Origin: Cyanobacteria bacterium auto_48_18
GTDB lineage: Bacteria > Cyanobacteriota > Vampirovibrionia > Obscuribacterales > Obscuribacteraceae
DNA length: 64,000 nucleotides
Assembly (NCBI GenBank): GCA_036170915.1
Contig: JAVHQC010000020.1
Coordinates: forward strand, 114,130-178,129
Direction of reading: 5' to 3'
Below, piece after piece: positions 58,559 through 64,000 of this stretch. Within the stretch, counting starts at the first letter, position 1, and each line of letters starts with the position of its first letter. A program made the translations under genes and the position numbers. Below the pieces are notes generated by a model. That model worked only from the letters and a program-made list of their open reading frames with translations. It was not told the DNA's origin and ran no database searches.

Positions 58559-60739
58559 TTACCCTTCGGTTTCAGGCTTGGGCTGAGCCTTTGGCGCATG
58601 AGCCGCTTTGGTTTTTTCACTACTTAGAGATTGATAGAGACTTTCTAGTTGCTGGCGTTCGGTTTGAGATGCTTGCTGCATTGCGCTGGCACAAACAGTC
58701 ATAGCTTTTTCGTCTTGACCAGAGGCCGAGAGCAATTTGGCCAGCTCATACGAATATTGTTTAGGATTGGCGGCATTGAGCTCTTCGACAACCTTAATGG
58801 CTGTTTCATATTGGCCAACCGCGCCCATTTCTCTAGCATAGGTTATTTTATCGTTGGCCTTGAGAGCGTTAGCTTGAGCCAGTAAGGCGAAAGTGGCGAT
58901 GGCATCACTGTGGCTGCCGCTGGCCGCCAGGCTATGAGCCAGCAATCGCCGCAGTTCTAAATCGTTTGGTTTGCGTTGCACTGCTTCAGTGAAATAGTAG
59001 GCAGCTTTAATCATTTCGCCATCGCTAAAGTATTTATATCCGTCTTTTGCAATTTGTTCATCAGACAACTTTTTCAAGTCTACTGCAAAAATTTTGGGCA
59101 GGTCGAGCGACATTTTTGCCCGTTTGCCTAACATCGAAGTTGCCTGGGCAAGGCCTTTAGTCACATCACCGTTGCTGCTGCTGATGGCCAACACTCTTTT
59201 AAAGTCGGCTTCTGCGCTACCCCATTGCTGTTGAGCAAGATAAAATTTTCCGCGAGCAGTCAAGGCTTTGACATTGCGAGGTTCTAGTCGCAATACCTGC
59301 GAATAGTTGTGGACAGCAGAAATATTTTGCCCCAGGCTAGCTGCTATCTGTGCCTGATATAGGTATGCTTTGCTGGTGGGAGCGCTCAGTTTGGTGGCCG
59401 CTTCCATGGCAGTTAGGGCTGCTTTTCGCTGGCCCAGGTGACCAAAGCAAAGCGCCTGCAGATACAAAGTTTCGGGATCTTTTTTTACTTTCAGCGCGTT
59501 AGTAAAATCGACCAGAGCGCTTTGATAGTTGCCGTTGGCAAGATTGAGATTTGCCCGCTCAAACTGTTTATTAAAGGCATGACGAAAATTAGGAAATTGT
59601 GCGATGCGGTCGTAGTATTTTAATGCTAGTTTTGGTTGATGTAAGGTGCCACAGAGCTTGGCTACAGTGTATTGAGCGCTTTCATTATCAACTTCCAAAT
59701 CGGCAGCTTTAATGTAATCAGGCAGCGCGTTCTCAGGCTGCTGCATTTCCATGAACAAGCCGGCTCTGTAGGCAAACCAGCGAGCGGTGGTATTGTCTCT
59801 CTTAATGGCTAAGTTATAGTCGGCCAGGGCGCCTTTTTTGTCATTCAATCTTTGTTTGCAATAACCGCGTTGGGTCAACACTTCATTATTGTCAGGATCC
59901 ATTTTTGCCAGCGCATCGAGAGCGCTTAATGCTTGCGCATATTTTTGATCTTGCGCCAGGCAGAATGCTCTGCTTAATTGCAAACTGTAGCTCGTCGGAT
60001 CCATAGCAAGTGCGCGGTCATAATCTGCTTGTGCTTTGCGATATTCACCAACGCTAAAGTATGCGATGGCTCTGTTGCCAACTTGATAGGCCTTTAGCTC
60101 AGGAGGGGCCATGCTTTCGAGTTGATCAATGTCGCTAATCGTTACCTTGGGTAACTTCAATTTTAGTGCTACGCTGGCGCGCTCATCTAGAGCTACTTCA
60201 TCGTTCTTATTTAGTGCGAGAGAACTGTTGAAACATTCAAGTGCCTCTTTCAATCGCAGTTGCTTCGCTAAAGCGCGACCACGCTCGAGGTATGCTTTGG
60301 CAGAAAACGGATTGCTACGTACAGCGAGAGTGGCGCTGGCAAGTGCTTCTTGATATTTTTCTTGCGTGATTAGGTTAGCTGCTTCTTCTGTTTTTTGTAT
60401 AGAAAAAGCACGCACGAGATCAAAAGTGGAAGCGATAGTAATAATACAAACGCCCATCCAGACAAAAGGAACTGCGTTTTTTGCGATGAAGGCGGAGACA
60501 ATTTCGTACTTAGTAAAATGATGGGGAATTGCTTCGAGGTTTTTTTGTTCAATTGGTAGGCCTGCGATCTCAGTGTTTGCAGACCTATTTGATATAGATG
60601 AATGGGCTGTGGTGAAGGCCGTTTCATTACGTTCACGTTCACGTTCAATCAGTGGGCTGGCCGACGCCAGCGGACTGAAAAAGTCACAGGCTTCTTGATC
60701 TACTTTGTCGGCGACGATGATTGGGCGGTGTTCAGTCAT
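58559..60739 (-). CDS. Membrane-anchored tetratricopeptide repeat protein
   Basis: One TM followed by many TPR units (AYLERG..., ALADYNLAI..., AEADFKRVL). Confidence 0.9.
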   Translation of the reverse strand: MTEHRPIIVADKVDQEACDFFSPLASASPLIERERERNETAFTTAHSSISNRSANTEIAGLPIEQKNLEAIPHHFTKYEIVSAFIAKNAVPFVWMGVCIITIASTFDLVRAFSIQKTEEAANLITQEKYQEALASATLAVRSNPFSAKAYLERGRALAKQLRLKEALECFNSSLALNKNDEVALDERASVALKLKLPKVTISDIDQLESMAPPELKAYQVGNRAIAYFSVGEYRKAQADYDRALAMDPTSYSLQLSRAFCLAQDQKYAQALSALDALAKMDPDNNEVLTQRGYCKQRLNDKKGALADYNLAIKRDNTTARWFAYRAGLFMEMQQPENALPDYIKAADLEVDNESAQYTVAKLCGTLHQPKLALKYYDRIAQFPNFRHAFNKQFERANLNLANGNYQSALVDFTNALKVKKDPETLYLQALCFGHLGQRKAALTAMEAATKLSAPTSKAYLYQAQIAASLGQNISAVHNYSQVLRLEPRNVKALTARGKFYLAQQQWGSAEADFKRVLAISSSNGDVTKGLAQATSMLGKRAKMSLDLPKIFAVDLKKLSDEQIAKDGYKYFSDGEMIKAAYYFTEAVQRKPNDLELRRLLAHSLAASGSHSDAIATFALLAQANALKANDKITYAREMGAVGQYETAIKVVEELNAANPKQYSYELAKLLSASGQDEKAMTVCASAMQQASQTERQQLESLYQSLSSEKTKAAHAPKAQPKPETEG

Positions 60740-60912
60740 AGCTTGCTACTCGCGCAGTACCCCCTTATAGTCGCTGAAATGCGTGAACTGTAGGTGAAGT
60801 ACAGTCAACTAGCTTTACGCCGGGCAAGATTCTGCTGTGTGCGTGAAGTGGCCGTGAAATGGAGATTGACTTTTAATCAGCGCTTGGCTAAGTTGATGAG
60901 GAGGCAAACTAT

Positions 60913-61449
60913 ATGATTACCTGTTTACCAGCACAGCAAAAGAAATTTTTCCGACGTCAGCGCGGCTACTCAGTAGCGGAACTACCGGCGGTGCTATGGA
61001 TAATTTTAGTTGGTTTACTTTTTCCGCTGATAATCATGACCAGTATGGGCTACCGCGCTACTATTTTGTATTTTGGCAGCGACTCAGCTGTGCGTAAGGC
61101 ATCTAAAGCTCCTACATTTACCGATGCTCAATCACGCGCTAATGCTACTTTGACAGCCAATCTTGCTTCTTTTTCTGGAATATCTTCTATAACTCCCACG
61201 CTATTTGTGCTGGTGAAACCGTTGAGCGGTGGTAGCCCTGTTACTTTTCCCGGCAAACTAGCTGCCGGTTCTGTAGATACTTCCAAAAATATCTACTTCC
61301 TTCTTATGCGAGTTGATGCCGATATTGATCCACTGGTTCGTTTTGATACTAAGTGGATGGGTATGGTTATTCCTGGTCTTACAGGCCCTTACAGCTTGCG
61401 TTTGAAAGTCGAGTCTTATGTTGAAAATCCTAATGGTCTGACAGAATAA
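60913..61449 (+). CDS. TadE-like pseudopilin
   Basis: RRQRG|YSVAE prepilin motif followed by a hydrophobic helix; GAGGAGG RBS. Confidence 0.75.
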   Translation: MITCLPAQQKKFFRRQRGYSVAELPAVLWIILVGLLFPLIIMTSMGYRATILYFGSDSAVRKASKAPTFTDAQSRANATLTANLASFSGISSITPTLFVLVKPLSGGSPVTFPGKLAAGSVDTSKNIYFLLMRVDADIDPLVRFDTKWMGMVIPGLTGPYSLRLKVESYVENPNGLTE

Positions 61450-61463
61450 GGAAAGAGAAACCT

Positions 61464-63344
61464 ATGCCTGGCAAGTTAAAAAGAAAGCGCCGCTCAGTGG
61501 CAGGCATGACTACAGTGGCACTGGTGATGGTGCTTGCTTTCTTTGTCATTTTGCCACTGGCTTTAGTTGGGTTTGAAATCGCCCGTTATACACTAATGAG
61601 CTCGCAGCTTCAATCAGTCACTGATGCTTCTACACTTGCCGGCACTGCCGCACTTGCCAGCTCTCCGCCAGGCTACACTTACGCGCAGTTGCACGACCTG
61701 GCTATGGACGTAGCGGTACAGACTTTCCAGCAAAATAGTGTATTGTCCAACCCTTTCAATGCATCAAATGTGGTGGCAAACAAAAACACCGCCGCTAATT
61801 TAGGAACTCCTCCACTAAACGTTGCTCACTTGAATATCAAACTAGTAGATCAAAACGGTGTGCAAGTGGCTACCGGCAGTAAGAATGCCGTCACTATGCG
61901 AGTGCAATCAATTTACACGGATAAACCAGTTTTTTCTTCGCGGTTTTTAGATATCGGTACCCTGATAACGGCTTCAGCGGTTTCTGATGGTGGCTTGCCT
62001 CAGCTTGACCTATTCTTGTGTTTTGATGTTTCCGGTTCAATGGACGATCAAACTCCCATTGTGCTCGTAAATCGTTTTTGGAATCCTGCCATTAACACCG
62101 TTGACTACAAAATTGTAAGCTCCGGCAAAACAATCTATGACACTTTTGGTGCCCCCATGACAGGCACTGGCCTTAATGCTATTCCACCTCAAAATCTGTC
62201 TTACGGCTCTTATCCTGCGCCATCAAACACTAGTCCATTTACTTTTTCAGAAGGCCCTTACCCTGTAGTCAATGCTGCACGGGGGCTGCGTGGCAATCAA
62301 AGCACTTACGCTGCTGGTAGTATTCCAACATTGCCTGCTGCAACAAAATATCCACCTGGTGCTATCGTCGCAGAACAGGGATGGCCACCGGGCAATTTCG
62401 ATCCCAATAATCCACTCAATCTGAGCGGCAATGGAGTTAACCCTAATGCCAATGCTACCGGCTTTACTGATCTTGTAGTCTTGGTGCCCAGCGTAGGAGC
62501 TTATGATTTTAGCCTGCCCGAGACATGTGTTGAAGCTTCGCGCGGCAACATGGAAAACAATGCCATTTGCCTGCAAAGTCAGGGAGGCACCAAGATTAAT
62601 CCTAAGTTGCCGCCGCGCCTTGCTGGTTATTACAAGGCTTACTGGAGCCAGGTGGAAAAGACAGTCGACCCCATTGCCGCAGCCAGGCTGGCGGCAGACA
62701 ATTTCTATTACACCATGAACATTGTCAGCAATGCCCATTTTGGCCTCAGTGGTTTTTCAGATGTGGCTGGTACCAGCCCATCATCGTCATGGAGTGTCAC
62801 CAGCAATAACTGTGACTCGGCCTGGCCTCATGCCGGCACTGCTAATTTTCCAGTGCCGCTGATTGCGCTTGATAAAACCGTTTCGAACTATACTGCTGTA
62901 ACTGAAGGCATTGATGGCACACCCACAAGACTTCCGCTGAGGCCCACTGGTAAAACATCAATTGCCACCTCTCTTGATTCGGCTATTAAAGAATTGACTG
63001 ACCCTGCCAAGCACAGACCTGCGGCCAAGCGAGCCATTATTTTGTTTACAGATGGTGTGCCAAATGAGCCCGGTGGCAGCCCTTCTGCTGCAGAAACGGC
63101 TGCATACGCTCAGGCGGACATCGCCAAAAGTAAGAGCATTCCTATCTATACAATCGGACTTTCGCAAAATGCCGCCATTAAAGCGCAGGAAGATTTGGTT
63201 TTAGGTGACAACAAAAACGGCTCAGGGCCTGGCATTGCTTATAAGTCAGGCAATAACGCCATCTATGTTTCGGTGACAAAAACTGCCGATTTGAATAGTG
63301 CTTTTCAAACAATCGCTCGCAGTCTCGTTGTGCTGCAACAGTAG
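61464..63344 (+). CDS. TadG-like pilin-anchored vWA-domain protein
   Basis: Basic leader + TM, QLQSVTDASTLAG, MIDAS DVSGSM, T and LFTDG, IYTIG. Confidence 0.85.
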   Translation: MPGKLKRKRRSVAGMTTVALVMVLAFFVILPLALVGFEIARYTLMSSQLQSVTDASTLAGTAALASSPPGYTYAQLHDLAMDVAVQTFQQNSVLSNPFNASNVVANKNTAANLGTPPLNVAHLNIKLVDQNGVQVATGSKNAVTMRVQSIYTDKPVFSSRFLDIGTLITASAVSDGGLPQLDLFLCFDVSGSMDDQTPIVLVNRFWNPAINTVDYKIVSSGKTIYDTFGAPMTGTGLNAIPPQNLSYGSYPAPSNTSPFTFSEGPYPVVNAARGLRGNQSTYAAGSIPTLPAATKYPPGAIVAEQGWPPGNFDPNNPLNLSGNGVNPNANATGFTDLVVLVPSVGAYDFSLPETCVEASRGNMENNAICLQSQGGTKINPKLPPRLAGYYKAYWSQVEKTVDPIAAARLAADNFYYTMNIVSNAHFGLSGFSDVAGTSPSSSWSVTSNNCDSAWPHAGTANFPVPLIALDKTVSNYTAVTEGIDGTPTRLPLRPTGKTSIATSLDSAIKELTDPAKHRPAAKRAIILFTDGVPNEPGGSPSAAETAAYAQADIAKSKSIPIYTIGLSQNAAIKAQEDLVLGDNKNGSGPGIAYKSGNNAIYVSVTKTADLNSAFQTIARSLVVLQQ

Positions 63345-63353
63345 GATAATAAA

Positions 63354-64000
63354 ATGCAATTTCGCAAGCGCCGGTCTGCCGGCAGCACCACAATTGAGCT
63401 GGCCATAACCAGTTTGCTTTTTGTAATTTTTGCCGTGCTTGGTTTTGACCTTCTAATTGTGACCTGGGGTTATACGGTGCTTGATTCGGCAGCGCGTGAT
63501 GCTGCGCGGGCCGCAGCTTCAACCGGCACCAAGGCCGCTGGTCTGGCTGCTGCACAGCAATCGGCGTTGTCTCACCGCACTGATGGATTTTTTGTCAGTC
63601 AACCAACTGTTTCCTCCACTACTCCTAGCGATTTTATTTATGTCACGCCCGCGATTGGCTCGCCTTATGTAGCGGTAACAACACGTTGCAATGTGCGGTT
63701 GCCCGTGCCGATAAACTTTTTTGGCGCGCAATTGAGCAATGGATTGTTTCCCTTTGCTCGCACTTATACCTATCCTATTTTAGGTGTGCCCTTTGTGCCA
63801 GATCCAGGCACGGGAGCCGCTCCTCCTCCGGTAGTAGCACCGCCGCCCCCGCCTCCGCCTCCTGTAGTGGCACCACCCGTAGTAGCTCCACCAGTTGTAG
63901 CTCCGCCTGTGGTTGCTCCGCCTGTGGTTGCTCCACCAGTAGTTGCGCCGCCTGTGGCTCCACCAGTAGTTGCTCCACCTGTTGTCGCGCCGCCTGTTGT
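63354..64000 (+). CDS. TadE-like pseudopilin with Pro/Val repeat tail; runs off the window end
   Basis: Not in the ORF track. Manual translation MQFRKRRSAG|STTIELAITSLLFVIFAVLGFD...DSAARDAARAAA, open to 64000. Confidence 0.85.
   Translation, partial: MQFRKRRSAGSTTIELAITSLLFVIFAVLGFDLLIVTWGYTVLDSAARDAARAAASTGTKAAGLAAAQQSALSHRTDGFFVSQPTVSSTTPSDFIYVTPAIGSPYVAVTTRCNVRLPVPINFFGAQLSNGLFPFARTYTYPILGVPFVPDPGTGAAPPPVVAPPPPPPPPVVAPPVVAPPVVAPPVVAPPVVAPPVVAPPVAPPVVAPPVVAPPV
63864..64000 (+). repeat. Coding 15-nt repeat encoding (VVAPP)n, at least 9 units
   Basis: GTN GTN GCN CCN CCN units with synonymous third-position variation; one VAPP unit. Confidence 0.92.

Noticed and set aside
63178..63978. Four short track ORFs at the window end
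   Set aside because: Shadows of the open TadE-like frame starting at 63354.

Overview
A 64 kb, gene-dense bacterial chromosomal segment, mostly housekeeping genes: biotin carboxylase (partial), hbd, mreBCD-mrdA, metG, coaBC, rodZ-rimO, nrdR, rplS-rbgA-rnhB, cobT, DAHP synthase, ruvA, dnaE, speD, aroC-aroB/aroA, an ECF sigma/anti-sigma cluster and a Tad-like pilin cluster (partial). A cyanobacterial-type Hfq and CobT, an unsplit intein-free DnaE and no photosynthesis genes in the window point to a non-photosynthetic cyanobacterial relative (Vampirovibrionia/Melainabacteria, perhaps Obscuribacterales). That assignment is inference. I recognised no rRNA, tRNA, CRISPR array, prophage or intact IS. 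Best leads: (1) a family of five intergenic, loop-less ~26-36 bp palindromes centred on GATATC, with compensatory changes between copies; (2) a chimeric protein that keeps the N- and C-termini of an IS1595-type transposase but carries a DprA-like winged helix in place of the DDE core, next to one of those palindromes; (3) an SdpA/SdpB-like (HTTM) pair beside orphan genes; (4) a Tyr/Arg/Asp/Gly-rich low-complexity domain fused to an NlpC/P60-like domain; (5) a long speD leader with uORFs; (6) an uncalled 42-aa membrane protein. All family calls come from motifs recognised by eye; no searches were run.
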